Assembly (NCBI GenBank): GCA_964035545.1
Contig: OZ037766.1
Location: forward strand, 6,004,722-6,068,721
Direction of reading: 5' to 3'
From: Bugula neritina
Taxonomy: Eukaryota > Animalia > Bryozoa
Length of the DNA stretch: 64,000 nucleotides
This document shows, one piece after another, positions 11,490-24,500 of the stretch (position 1 is its first letter; every line of letters starts with the position of its first letter). A program made the translations under genes and the position numbers. Below the pieces are notes generated by a model. It searched no databases, had not been told where the DNA came from, and worked only from the letters and a program-made list of their open reading frames with translations.

Positions 11490-13410
11490 ATACTATTACT
11501 TATAGTTATCATAACTAATACTTATACTTATAAGTTATAATTATTGGTATCACTGCGGGCCTATGGCTACAATAAATATGCAGTGCAGTAATGGTATTGC
11601 CAATGGCAACAGCCTAATACTATTGCCAAATAAAATAGCTATAGAATAAAGTAACTGCTAAAGTTAACTGCTAACCTCATCTGTGCCCTACTCATCTAAC
11701 TCTCAGTTAGCTACATAAAGTTAAACATTTACTTTTAGTCTTACACTTACAGTTAGTGTTACACTTAGTCTTACTTCAACTGTTAACTAGCAGTTAAATG
11801 ATTAACTGATTAAATAATTAGTATTACCGTCTGGTCAATGAACTGGAAAAGAGTTCATTGGTTTGAGTCACTTTCATTTTAATTTTAAGTTAAAAAATAT
11901 TTGAACAAATATAACAATAATGTAAATATAATACATTAAAATAACAATAAAATTATTAAATAATCATAATACTTATACTATAAGTAGTGCAATTATTTAT
12001 TAATTTCATCAAAACTAAATATTTTTTATATAACTAAACTAAAATTACCATAAGTATAACCCTAAAATTGAATCAGAATCAGAATGAAATTGAGAATGAC
12101 GCTTACAAAATTGCTTAAAGCAGCACCAAATTGAGAGTCACTGAGTGCAGCGGTTTCAGGAGATCTCGAGTTTTAAATTGGACAACAAATATTGTACTCA
12201 GTCACTATTCACTTAGGTGCTGCTTTTAGCAATTTCTAGTTATTACAAAAGAAGCTAGCGCAGTTCAGCACGACTTTCAATTATATTGTTCTGAGTAATT
12301 TATTATTATGGAAATTGCCTGCTGATAATCTGCTGGACTAAGATGTTTGCTAAAAGGTCAAGTACGTATTGACACTGGGCGGTTGATTTGCTTCTCATGA
12401 AATATAAAGTATTTGAGTCTTGAAGTTGAACTGTTGCGTTCAGAAATACAGTAACAGTACAATAATTGCTGTAAAAAGGCTTGTTTTGAATTTGGTTGAT
12501 ATGTTTTATGTAATTTTATGAAATTCAATCATGATTATCATAAAAATTAATAATATAATGTTGAATTTGATGTAATCAGTTTAGTTATTAATTTACTATT
12601 TTATTATTTATATTCAATCTTACAAGTTATAACTAATACACTATAAGTTAGAGCTTATAAGATTAAGTTTATGACTATAAGTTATAACTTACTAACTATT
12701 AGTTGTAGTTAAAGTTATTCTCGGTGTTATAAATTTAGCAAGAGTGTTCACTATTCACTTTCAGTATGAGAGTGACTTTGAGTATGAGTATCAGTATCAC
12801 ATTCACTATCAGTATCAGTAGCACTAGGTATCCTTATAGTTATAATCTTTAAGTTGTAGAATATCAATATTAAGTCACACTAACTTAAACTACTAATACT
12901 AAGATATATTCTTATCACAACTAATAGTGACTAGTACTAAAGTAATATTTATTAATAATAGTAATGGTAATGGTAATTTTAATTCCCTAATCATAATCGT
13001 AATGATAATGCCAATGAAAATATCAATTTATATTTATGGTAAGTTATACTTATAAATATTTATATAATATATACATATATATACTCGCAGTTGTAGACCA
13101 TAAACATAGTTATAGTATTAGTAAGTATAAATCAAAATGTATTACTAATAGTAGTTAGGATTGCTGATTTGGATTTATCATAATTATGCATGCTGTAATA
13201 AATTTTCGAATGCGCTGAGCCAATGCAACACTATCATCTAGTCTAAGCTCATGAAGTAGTTGAAAACGTGTGAATGTAAATATATAATAATGTATGTATT
13301 CAATTCGCATAGGCTTCAACTCTAAAATGCTGTTTTTGTATCGCAAATATTTCCGAAAGTTTTAACACTTCATAAATGTGAATCAGAATGGCAGCCTTAC
13401 TTTAGGTAAA
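11490..13410. promoter_or_regulatory. Inferred divergent promoter and 5' UTR region between the MTLN-like (-) and TM6SF-like (+) genes
   Basis: Head-to-head gene arrangement; candidate non-coding exon donors near 11826 (-), 12361 (+) and 13406 (+). TSS positions were not determined. Confidence 0.5.
12108..12235. repeat. Imperfect inverted repeat, ~42-bp arms and ~43-bp spacer
   Basis: aaattgcttaaagcagcaccaaattgagagtcactgagtgca (12108-12149) vs the reverse complement of 12193-12235, aaattgctaaaagcagcacctaagtgaatagtgactgagtaca. Confidence 0.8.
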
Positions 13411-13578
13411 GCAAAAATTTTTATGTAGCTTAAGTTTTATGTAGCAATTTCTTTTTTAAATATTCATAATAAGCTGCAAAATATCTGTAGCTAAAAGTAA
13501 TCATGCACAGACAATGTATCACTCTTTCCTGAAATATGATTTTTTTTAAATTTTCAATGTTCTAACAGTTGAGTAATC

Positions 13579-16500
13579 ATGGAGACACTAGGCCTGCCTA
13601 GAAACCTGGTGATATTGCTCCTCCTCATTACTCTCTCTGCTCTGCCGATATCCAGACTGTTTCAATGGTGGTCTCCACCTACGTCATTCATTCTTGGAGG
13701 TGGACTATTGTCAATTCTGAGTTTACCGATAGTAGTTAAATCGTGTGCTGTGGCTGGTTTTATCACTTGCTCTAAAGATTTGCTGCATATGGCCATGCGT
13801 GAGTATTTTTTTTCATTGTGTCAACTTATACAAATACCGGGCAGATTGTTCTTGCATGCTGTGCATGATGTTGCTGTGCTATCATTTTGTGTTGTGTGTT
13901 GCATCGTGCAATTTCTACAAGAGAAACTAATTACGCTAAAATCAAGTGATATTCCATTTTGGCAGCTGACAAAAAATGTAATTTTGGCATTAATTCTTAC
14001 AGTCTGTGTTTGTTTTTACAGTTTTTAGTCCTTTTCTGTTCGCTTCTTCGATTGACATGGTGTTGTCACTAGAAAATGACGGCCTGCTGGCCAATTACAT
14101 GGCTTTTTACATGAAAGACGGTGAACAGTACTTGATGACTCCTTACGGCACAGCAATTTGCTACTGGGATGGGGCTGTCCATTTTGCTCTATACTGGGCA
14201 ATGCTCTATAGCTTCAACAACGGGTGAGATTTGTAAACTCTTTAACCGATTTTTTTGTGCTGATATTTTTTACTTCTCAGTAGTTAAAGTAGCTAAGTCA
14301 ATGTAGTATTTGTGGATATGTTCAATCTCTCTACTGCTAGTTGATAGAGTCTCTCAAAGCTCTCAAATTATCACACAACCTGCTGTAATAAACTTAATGC
14401 TCAGCTGTGCTGGTTACAGTGATGACTGTAGTAATATACATATCTCTCATATCATTCATATGCTTTATTCTATGGAGAACATCTAATCAAAATGATAGAC
14501 TTTTTCTCTTAAACAAGAAATCAACTGCTAGCTTAAAAAAACAATTTTATGTCAATGAAAGCTGCAAATATTATTTGTTTTCTAAGTTACTGGCTGCAAT
14601 GATTTAAACGTACAAAGTGAATATTTTCATCTGTTTAATTTTTATTCTCACTGTTCCATAGTTGCTGCTTCTAAAATATTTGATAAATGGACAACTTGGG
14701 TCATTTAATCATACCAGTTTGCTCATTTCCTTGTTAAATATTGTTTTATTTTGTAGAAAGGATTATTTCCGGTCTCTATCAGTGTACTGGTTTGGGACAT
14801 TCTTTTCAAGTATGATAGTCCTTATTATTGGGGCTTTGATAGGTGAATTTTATTCCTTGGTACTAGTATATGTTTCATATATTGGTAGTAAGTACATAGT
14901 ATATCAGTAGTAAGTACATAGTATATTGGTAGTAAGTACATACAGTAGTATACCAGTAGTAAGTACATTGTATATTCTAGAAGTAAGTATATAGCATATC
15001 AGTAGTAAGCACACAGTATATCAGTAGTAAGCACACAGTATGTATTCTAGTAGTAAGTACATAGTGTATTTGTACTAAGTACATAGTATATCGGTGAGTA
15101 AGTACATAGTACATCAGTGACAGGTACATAGTATATCAGTAGTAAGTATATAGTATATCAGTAGTAAGTACATAGTATATCAGTAGTAAGTACATAGTAT
15201 ACCAGTAGTAAGTACATAGTATACCAGTAGTAAGTACATTGTATATCAGTAAGTAAGTATATAGCATACCAATAAGTAATAAGGTACTAATAAATGTTGT
15301 TGAAGTAAACTCTCAGTCTGTCATATTCACTGTGGCTATATTTCCAGGCCCATTCCCAGTCTACTCAGCTATTATACTGAATGTGCTCTATATATTTGTA
15401 CCGTGGTACTACCTTTGGTGGGTTGTCTCCTCCACAACTTCACACAAGGTGAGTAAAATATATCAGCGTGTAGTCTGATATTAGCTGCAGATTTCTACGA
15501 TGGTACAAGTTTTTAGATTGAGGACATTCAGAAGCAATACAAATTAACAAGTCAGTTGTAGCAGCGCCTTAAGGTTGATATTATTGAGTGTCCAGCTTAA
15601 AAAGTAGAACACTTTCGAAATTTTACACCTCAATATATTATGTTAGTTTATATAACACATGCTATCTATTGTCGTTTTTAATTCTGTTTTGTTATGTTTC
15701 AGACTGTGACTGTACCATTTAGTCTGAGTTCTACTGGTTCAATATTAAGGTGGCTTTTTACATTATTCATGTTGTGGGCCACAGCCTATTCTCTTCTGCG
15801 TGGCTTAGTAAGTCCTTTAAACTTCAGAAAACGGCTATCTGTTCTCTTTCTATCGTCAGCATTTATAATAATAGAATGGCATTGTACCGTTCGTGATAGA
15901 ATATATATTATTTGTGGATCATTTTCTGCACATCAGTTAATGATGTAGCCGTGCCTGCTTGTAATTTTTACTTTAGTATTTGTGTAGATGCAGCCTGTCC
16001 TCTTTTTACATCTGTTTATTAGAGTTATCTGCCCTTGGTCTAAAAATAACTTATTTATTTAATTTATGTTTTGTTCTATTAAATCATTGCCTCTTATAGC
16101 TAGCTGATTGTCACATATATTCTCTATAGCACTTGTGTGAATATATGACCTTGACATTGTAGATAGCTTTGGGCGCCAACAGAGAAATCATTCAATATAT
16201 TGGGTCTGCAATAGAGAAGCCCATCTCCCATCCTCACAGGTTTAATCATATGGCTGTGAGTACATTCTGCCAGCTATTGTGTGTAGCACCATGTGCTGTA
16301 GCTAGTAACTTAAACATAAGTCATATCTACCTGTAGTTGGGACGCTCAGTCTACCAGTCGCCTTATCAAAATAGGGGGCTGAATTAATCAGAACTATGAA
16401 ACAAATTATTTCTTAATATCTAATATGCTATACATTATTTAGCAGTTTTCTGCTAATGTCGAATTCCATGTTCTAAAGGTGATGAAATAGTTTTAATGAT

Positions 16501-17586
16501 AAAAATCACTTCATTGTTTGATGCGCTTTATTTTGACTTGATTTAAATTTCAAATAATTGTGATAATTCTGGCAGAGGTCATGTTGTAAACGATATTTAG
16601 ACTTTATTTTATACATATATGTATGTATATAAGTATGCATGCATGTGCTGCTTGTATAAATGTAAGAAGTAGCTCGTAGTTATATTCTCCTGATCTGGCC
16701 ATGTATTATTGTATACTGACAGATGATGGTATTTCTGTTCTATGGTGTGCCGTGCACCGTCTACTCCCTCTACTGTCTGCTGCTCAACATGAAGACACCT
16801 TTACTAGTAGACGTCAGCATGCTGTTTGCCGGTCTAACAGCCAATGTGAGTAGTCTGTGTTCTAAAGTTGAATGTCACCAACCCTGTGACGAGAAGCCTT
16901 GATGGAAAGGTGGCTTTAAGCAGGCTAAGAACTTATTTGCTATAGGGGCAAAAAGGCAATTATGACTTAATGCCCTTCCTAACAACAGCAATGGTTTTTA
17001 CTGGGATTCAAAGCACTGACTGTGTAAATTTCTAACCACTAGATCACATTACTCCCTGGTATATAAGTAGTGATCAACAAACTCAGATGTAAGATGCAGA
17101 AAATATTGATTTTGTCCAAAAAAGCATAACCATTCAGTCTGTATTTTTCAATTCCACTAAAAAATGCAGCAGTATTTTGCATACACGTATACACTCAGCT
17201 GTTTCGATGACGGAATTATATGTTCGTTTTTTGTCGCGACATACCTCTCTTTCTATTCACTTAATTTCTTTTCATCCCCATGTGTGCTGCTACTCTAATA
17301 CATCCGTACTTAATTATAATGAATTATATTTTTTATAATATTTCAGATGCAAGTGACCTACATTGGACCTTATCTGATCAGAAAGCCAGAAGATAAGCTG
17401 GAATTCTCTAACGCTTCTCATTGGTGGATATTTTGGCTCTCTAATTGGTTAATGTTTATAGTGCCTCACCTATTTGCTTTATATTGCTACAATTTCTATC
17501 CAGCGAGGCGGTCAAAAACCAGCCCTCCTTCTAGCACAATCGTAACTAGATCTCGCTCTAAGCTCACCACGTATAAAGACAAGTAA
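13579..17586 (+). CDS. TM6SF1: Transmembrane 6 superfamily member 1/2-like (EXPERA-domain) protein, ~389 aa, 8 exons
   Basis: Exons: 13579-13798, 14022-14223, 14757-14842, 15348-15448, 15703-15807, 16163-16255, 16723-16845, 17347-17586 (1170 nt, consistent phases). Motifs LSALPI, LENDGL...YMKDGEQYLMTPYGTAICYWDGAVHF, YFRSLSVYWFG, LLRGL|IAL and FYGVP match the TM6SF family. Confidence 0.9.
14876..15265. repeat. 22-bp intronic minisatellite (tatatcagtagtaagtacatag), ~17 units
   Basis: Directly visible in TM6SF intron 3; the unit contains GTAAGT on the sense strand. Confidence 0.9.
16872..17055 (-). mobile_element. tRNA-derived SINE, family A, copy 2
   Basis: Reverse complement reads gtgatctagtggttaga..tttgaatcccagtaaaaaccattg..gttaggaagggcattaagtcataattgcc..cttagcctgc..ttccatc..cacagggttggtgac, collinear with 2211-2392. 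Confidence 0.75.
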
Positions 17587-18536
17587 TTTCATATTTTTGT
17601 GTTTTAGCTGTTAGCATTTGCATCTAACATGCTTAGCACAGTATGTTGTTCTATATTTTGTCTGATTTGAACCAACTTATCTTAATTAAAATCCATGCTA
17701 AGTTCTAGTGATGCATTTGAATCATTAGTATACATGTGTAATAATCACCTTATTGTTTGTAGCAATCACTATATTATTTATGTATAAATACCTCTAATTT
17801 TCTGCACATTTTGTATACACAAGATGCACATCAATGTAGATTTACCCATTTTTATGTTGAAATAAAATCATTTTATTGTCAAATTTTAAGTGAGAAGTTC
17901 TATAACATTCCCAATGTTTTCACTGTGTTATATTCCTTTATTATGTACAATTTTATATACATGAAATATGTCTAAATATTTTACTATTAGATTCTGTTTG
18001 TTCTCCAACTGCTACTGCACCTTGATTCTATGAGTATTATGTAATCTCCAGTTAAGTATGTGTTGTTCTATTTCAGTCAGATCACCAACTGTTCATATTC
18101 AATACAATTTAACTGTCTTCTCACATATTGCTTTTATTGTTTGAACCCATTGGTAGCTTGACCGTGTTTTTGACGCTTAACAATTTCTAGATATGTGATG
18201 CTCTTAATACTGCACTGCTGCCATATTAACTGGCGTGCTTCCTCTAGTGTATATTTTTATTGAAGTTGTAATTCAATGCAGTGGTCAAGCTATCTTGTGC
18301 TTCTGGTAAAAATCTGTTGGAACTCCGAGTTCACAAAACTGCTGTCCCTAGACATCCTGAGTATCGTCTACATGCGTTTCATAGAATGTGTCGGTCTGCT
18401 TCACTGTAGTGTGTCTAAAGGTGTGACGTGTAATTGAATATAGCCATCGTCAGCCGTATAAGACGTCTGCTGCATGATACAGAGTATTGATGTGTGAAAC
18501 GTCTGGTTCAAAGATGTGTAGGAATAGCATTTCTAA

Positions 18537-21500
18537 TTACTCATAATTGTGGTGGTAGTGCAGTGGATTAACCTTCAGCACATTCTTTAGTCTGGATGCT
18601 TGGGGTGCTTTAGATACCTGTAATGTGAACATTTTAAAGACTGAGGCTAAACGGTGAAAAGACAAGCACAAGACTTGTTACTATCACGAAATTTCGTATT
18701 ATTGCTGACTCCACAAATAGTTCAATTATTATTAATGTGTAGAATAGAGCTTATGTGAAGAGTAAAGGTGCCATAGTATTGACACATAAATACATACTGG
18801 TCCAAATTTTGCTGCTGGGAGCAGTCCTTTAACATTGTCTGCATGTAACTTCCTTATTGTTGATCGGTGCTGTCTAAAATGGCAAATACTTTAATATCGG
18901 TTTTAGATCCTGTTTGTATACAAAATTTTTATATAACTGATTCTCTGCTACAAACCTAAGCTCTGGTGCATTTAAAGAACTACAAATAATACAATTCACT
19001 ACTCTCATACATATATTATACACATTTATTCTATTTTTGGTTATTATAAACCTCCAACTAAAAATCTTTTACCAACGTTATATGTCAAGTTATAGCATAC
19101 ATATAATATAGATTTACAAATAGATGTTGGACACAAACATTTTCATTCCGTTTAATTATTTCCTGCCTAGAAACTCATTTTAGCGGCAGAACTGGTTAGA
19201 AGATAACTTACTGGGTGTCTCTAGATATCCCCCTAGTTTTTGTATTGCTAGCCTCTTCTTTATTATGTTTAATGGCATGTAGGGGCGTAGGCTTCTTCTC
19301 CCTACCATGCGTTGATTCTCTGGGATACCACTGCCAACTCTCTCTAGGGCTAGCGTAATCTGCTGTCGATGCCATGTAACTGTCATTAATCGGAGTCAAA
19401 GCTTTTTTCTTTCTTTTCCGCAGGTTTGATGCCTCAATAAACTCAGAATCGTATGTCACCACACTACCTTCTGCTCGCCCTATAATAACTGAAAGCTATT
19501 TTAAGGTATTCAGGCACAACTTATGCTGCATTGTTTGATATATAACTGTAGGTACACACAGATTTGCATTATTTTATATAGTTCTGGTTTTGGCATATAT
19601 TTTGAGCACAGAAAATGTTCATGGGTAACACAAGTAACTAAATATGGTCTTAAAAATAAATGGTTATATGGAGAGTATATTGATGCAATCGAAGATTCCA
19701 ATCATAAATTAATACAGAGTAAAGATATGTAGTATAAAGTCAATGTTATCAATATACTTAGAATTGAGATAAAAGCTATAAAGTAGTTTGCTCAAATGGC
19801 ACCATACACTTCAGTGAAAACCCCCTAAAAGATAACTTTAAATTATACATGGTAATCATTGTATTGAAAATGCAGTTTGTTATGTGTGAGCAATGCCAAC
19901 TTTTATCTGAAAGTTTCCAATATCTATAAATCCTTTAATATCTAAATAAAAATTGTCCTATATCTGGTCTCTTAGCCATTTATCTTAGCGGCCAAAGTAC
20001 CACTCAAATAGTTCACCTGAGAAATATGCTATGTCTGGAACACATGATTGAGCCAACATTCTGATAGACTTATTAAAGCTGTTTTGCACATGTCTTTTCT
20101 GTAACTTGAGGGCATTTAGTTCTTGAAGGTCAAGGTCAAACTCAGGCGTGTACTCATCCACTTGGCTGTAGGAAATGAAGTGCTGCTGCTGCTTTTTCAT
20201 TCTTTCTTCTACTTTTCTTTGAATTTCCGCCATTTTCTGGAAGTTGCAAACGCCACTTTAAAGGCTTTTGTAAAAGTGCTCAACTTTTGCAAATAATCTA
20301 TCAAATGAAGTTTTAATTTTATGAACTTGAAGTGAATTAAATATTGTATGTCTGACTAGCACTGGCAAGTAAATGTTTATAAATTGAATGCCTTTCACTT
20401 GCCTTAATGTTTACAGCGAGTTGTATTTCAATTGATGCCAATAACATTTTAATAAATATATGTGATTAAGGTTTTTGAGCAAAATATCTTGTAGTTTTAT
20501 GTTGTAACAGCATACCCTGGCTGCTCTTTCTAGACTCCTTTCTTCAGAGTAGCAAGGTATTCCGCCATTAGACCTATGCTGGTAAGGATTTGCCCAACCT
20601 GACTGCAACTTTCTCGCTTCTTCCAAAAGAGGATCGTCTGTTAAATTCTTCCTAGCATCCAGCGGCTGTAAATAAATTTTTCATAGCATTGCATCAGCAA
20701 TAATATAGCTATACAATGCAGTGGAGCGCAAGCTATAAATGTTTATACTGTATCATGCACAGGTAGGTATAGTTTTAATATTATACTGTATTTGCTAATT
20801 AGGTATTTTGCTACATAGCTTAGCTGTCCAATAATTATATATTGAAGAGAACTCACTGATTTGGTGCTTGCCCCATTTATTGCGACATCTTGGTCACCTA
20901 TAGCTGGCAGCACCTGCAAAAGTTGCACTTTTCTAACTGTGGTGTAAACCATCATATTCTAAACAAATTCTTCATCTTTATGATTTTCCTATATATTATT
21001 TATTGAAAATAAAAAAGGGACTTGTCAAATTGGCTGTCTTATAAACCTGAACCAATCAAATTATAGCTACTATCTTGTTTTCAGTAATCAGTTCTGCTAA
21101 TTGATTTTAGTTGTTTAGTTGTAAACTTTTATCACAAAATCACCCCACACCATCTATATTTATTTAACTTGTTTCGCAGTTTGATTAATAAATAGATTAA
21201 CTTAATTTAGTTTCTGAGGCATCAATATATATTTGAGGTCATAGTTGCTTCATATATATACCTTGAGTTTTGGAAATCCCGAAGAGTCATTGTGAGCGGA
21301 TGTTTCCAGCTTTCCATTCGAAGTTGCCCCATTCCCATTTACGTCTGCTGTACCCCCACCAGCTTTATTGGCTACCCGCCCGGCGGATGGCTTGTAAGAT
21401 TTGAGCACAAAGTCTGGGTTGATAGTTGACATATTCTAAGAAATAATTACATGCAGAGTTTGCATTAAAATAGGCCAAAGAAAGAACAAGTTTGGTAGAA

Positions 21501-24500
21501 CTTCTATAATTTACACATGTGTCCAATTTTTAAGTCTGTACCTTGTATGCATTCAAGCTTGTAGCATAATCTAATATATATTCATTAACGCAGTTTTAAC
21601 AAATTTGTTATTAAAAAATCTTTGAAGCCAAGTTAAATGGTGTATGATATATAAGTTCAGAAGTTGAGAAATTTCAATATAGTCAAAGCTGTTTAACTTT
21701 TTATAGATTTTGGTTTGGAGCACTTGATAAAATTAAATAACTTAGCCTCCTTTGCTACATTTTATCTAAAACGCAGGCTTAATTCCTCAATTTATTTGTT
21801 ACGGTGAGTGCCTGCAATCTTGTAAGTTATATGTTGCAGCTTATAAAAAAAATTATAATCATATATAAATATGAAATGTAAAACAATAATTCTGACATAC
21901 ACAAAAACTGAAAATCAACTTTTTCACCAGAGAAAAGGAGAAAACTCTTCCTAACCTTTGGTTGCTTTTTATTATCTTTTTTCTTCTTATTGCCTTTATT
22001 CTTCTTTTTCTTCTTTTTGTTTTTGTTATCAGACATTTCTGGTTCAGACTCGCTGTCGCTGTCACTTGAACTACAGGAGCAATAACAGATGCTGTTGATA
22101 TACATGCTATATAGTACGTATACTATACCTATGATGTATTGTCCAAAAGGAATGTTGAAACTGTAGTTAAAGTTTTAACTACCTTAATCTACCTGTTGCA
22201 GTGTTAATATATACTAAAATTATTTGTTATAGAACAATTATATTAATTGTTTGAAATTTCAAACAAAATTTATATATAGCTAAGCTAATCTAACCAAAAC
22301 TTAGAGTTTTGAAAGCCCAATATGACATCAATTGTTTGAGTCACAGCCAAGCCTAGTATATAAGTTACAAAAAGAAACTGCAGAAACAATTTTCATTCAA
22401 CCTTTTGATAAGCATATGTATGATGTATCCTATTTGAAACTGAAACTGCCTTCGATAGAGCTATACAAGCTATAAGTCATGTAGGCAGTTAGAGCACACA
22501 CATTATGACTTGAACTAAATATTATAAGAGACATCTGTGCCAGATTATAAGCAGCCGCCAGACTATAAGCAGACGCCAGACTATAATAAGCAGACACCAG
22601 ACTATAAGCAGACGTATTCTACTCACTCTGATACAGCTGAAGTGAAGTTTGTGGACAATGACAGGTTCTCTAATAGTCTAAAACATTCTTCAACAGAATT
22701 TTCAGTATTTTTATTGATGTCTTTAAGTTTGCCCATAGCAGCTTGGGCCTCCGTAAGACCAAGTTCTTTCTCTTTTGGAGGAGGTAACTCCTTTAAAACT
22801 GTTTGTGCTTCTTCTAACGCAATCTTTTCAGTATCAATACCATCCACGATAAGTGAATTTCCTGGAAAATTGCGTAAAAGCATTATAGCATGTTATCAAC
22901 AATTATTATACAAACTTTTATCGTGAATATTTTACCGAAAGTCATGTGTTGTAGGTGTTTTTTACAGAAAAGGTTAATGATCTGCAATTTCCTTATACAT
23001 GTTTACAGTGCAGTCCTCTAGCTATATACTTGCATACATTCTGCACAGCTTTTACCTGTTTTAATTGGCACAGTTTGAGAACTTTTTACTTCAACATCAT
23101 TTGGTTTGCCATCTGTTTCCTCCACTCCATCTCTTATAGTCCGAGATAATTTCTGTTTAATGGCATTATTCAGTACCTGCTGTGCTATGTTCTTAGCCAA
23201 GTCTAAATATGCTTCAGATTCTCTTCTAAAGATATAATATGCATATAATGTGCAGATAATTCATTGTAATAGCTTGCTATGCTTTTCTCCTAGCTATTTT
23301 TGCTGAATCCAAGACATTTCAAAAATAACAATTGGAAAATGGACAATTGGAAAGTAGACATTTAGAAAATCAAGAATATTTAACATGGCCTAAAATGCCT
23401 TTAAATGCCTTTGAGGGCCACATAAATGTAGGCTGGGGGCCACATCAGGCCCTGGAGACGCCTATCGGACAGCCTTGTCAGTTAACTGATAAAATATGAC
23501 ACCTTACTTTATAATTATAATATTATATATATCTTTATATACTTCATATATGTTGAAACCCACAGGTTTGATCCAAATCTATGTAATTTCTAAACCCATT
23601 AGTTTTGCAGTCACTGCTTTAAAATCTGCGTACTTTTTACTTTTAATGTCATGGGACTACTCGTACATTGTCTCACCAGTTTTTACTATACTGATAAAAC
23701 ACACAATATTATATAATATACTTTGATAAAAGTGGCATGTTTAAATTTGGCTGTGTTATCTCTTTTAATACTCTCAAAGTTATGTTTCATGCACCAATCA
23801 TGGCTTTGGTCTACGACTCTTTATTTGGCGAAGTTCCAAATTTTAAACTTTCAAGCTATTTGCTTGTCACTATAAGTAGTTCAGCAGTAAATGGGGCGTG
23901 TAGCAACAACGCAAGTTAAGTTGGCACAAATATTTTTAGCAACTGTAAGCTGATAAACTTGCAAGTTTGACTTTTCACAAGTGCTCTACCTTTACTGTCA
24001 TATGGTATGTATGCATTGTATACATACCTTTGCAGAATTTACACAGTTGATGCTTTTTTACTGAGGACAGACATTATATATAAGCATAGGCTTTCAAATT
24101 TGCAATATTACCATCTGTCTACTTTGATTTACTGTTGTTTAGTAGTAAAAATTGAGCCTAAATTGCTTAGTACATGCAAAGTATACTATTGTACTGTATT
24201 ATATATACTCCTAATACTAAATGAAGTGGTGTGCTACATCTAAACTCTATATGTTAAGCATAGAGATGCATATTCTAAAATAGCTTTCAAGTTGTTGCTG
24301 CTGTACTGGTTGCCTTTACATGGCAGCAGGCATTGTGTAAAAAAGAATCGTATTTTTGAGCATACAATGAAAACTACTTATAGTGGTAAGAAAACAGTGT
24401 TATCACTTTGAGTTTAGTTAGGTGATTATTTCTCAGGCAAAGTGCAATTGAAGATACAGGAAGCCTGCAGTAAGCATGCTCCAACATTACATGTCTTCTC

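Noticed and set aside
11235-11505. VAKVK and TFATF repeat ORFs on both strands
   Set aside because: They are products of a stop-free 15-bp tandem array, with no other coding evidence.
11596-11610. X-box-like ATTGCCAATGGCAAC
   Set aside because: The spacing is imperfect and the neighbouring genes are not known ciliary genes, so the support is insufficient.
14876-15265. CRISPR-like regular repeats (also 1592-1768, 49586-49710, 55758-55985)
   Set aside because: The units are head-to-tail with no unique spacers, no cas genes are present, and the context is eukaryotic introns.
18170-18536. Coding-looking sequence after the AGBL stop (possible readthrough)
   Set aside because: The continuing frame has several stops (TGA, TAG, TGA, TGA, TAA); it is treated as 3' UTR.
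22537-22926. PDYKQ-repeat plus-strand ORF
   Set aside because: It consists of an intronic tandem repeat plus the antisense of an AGBL exon.
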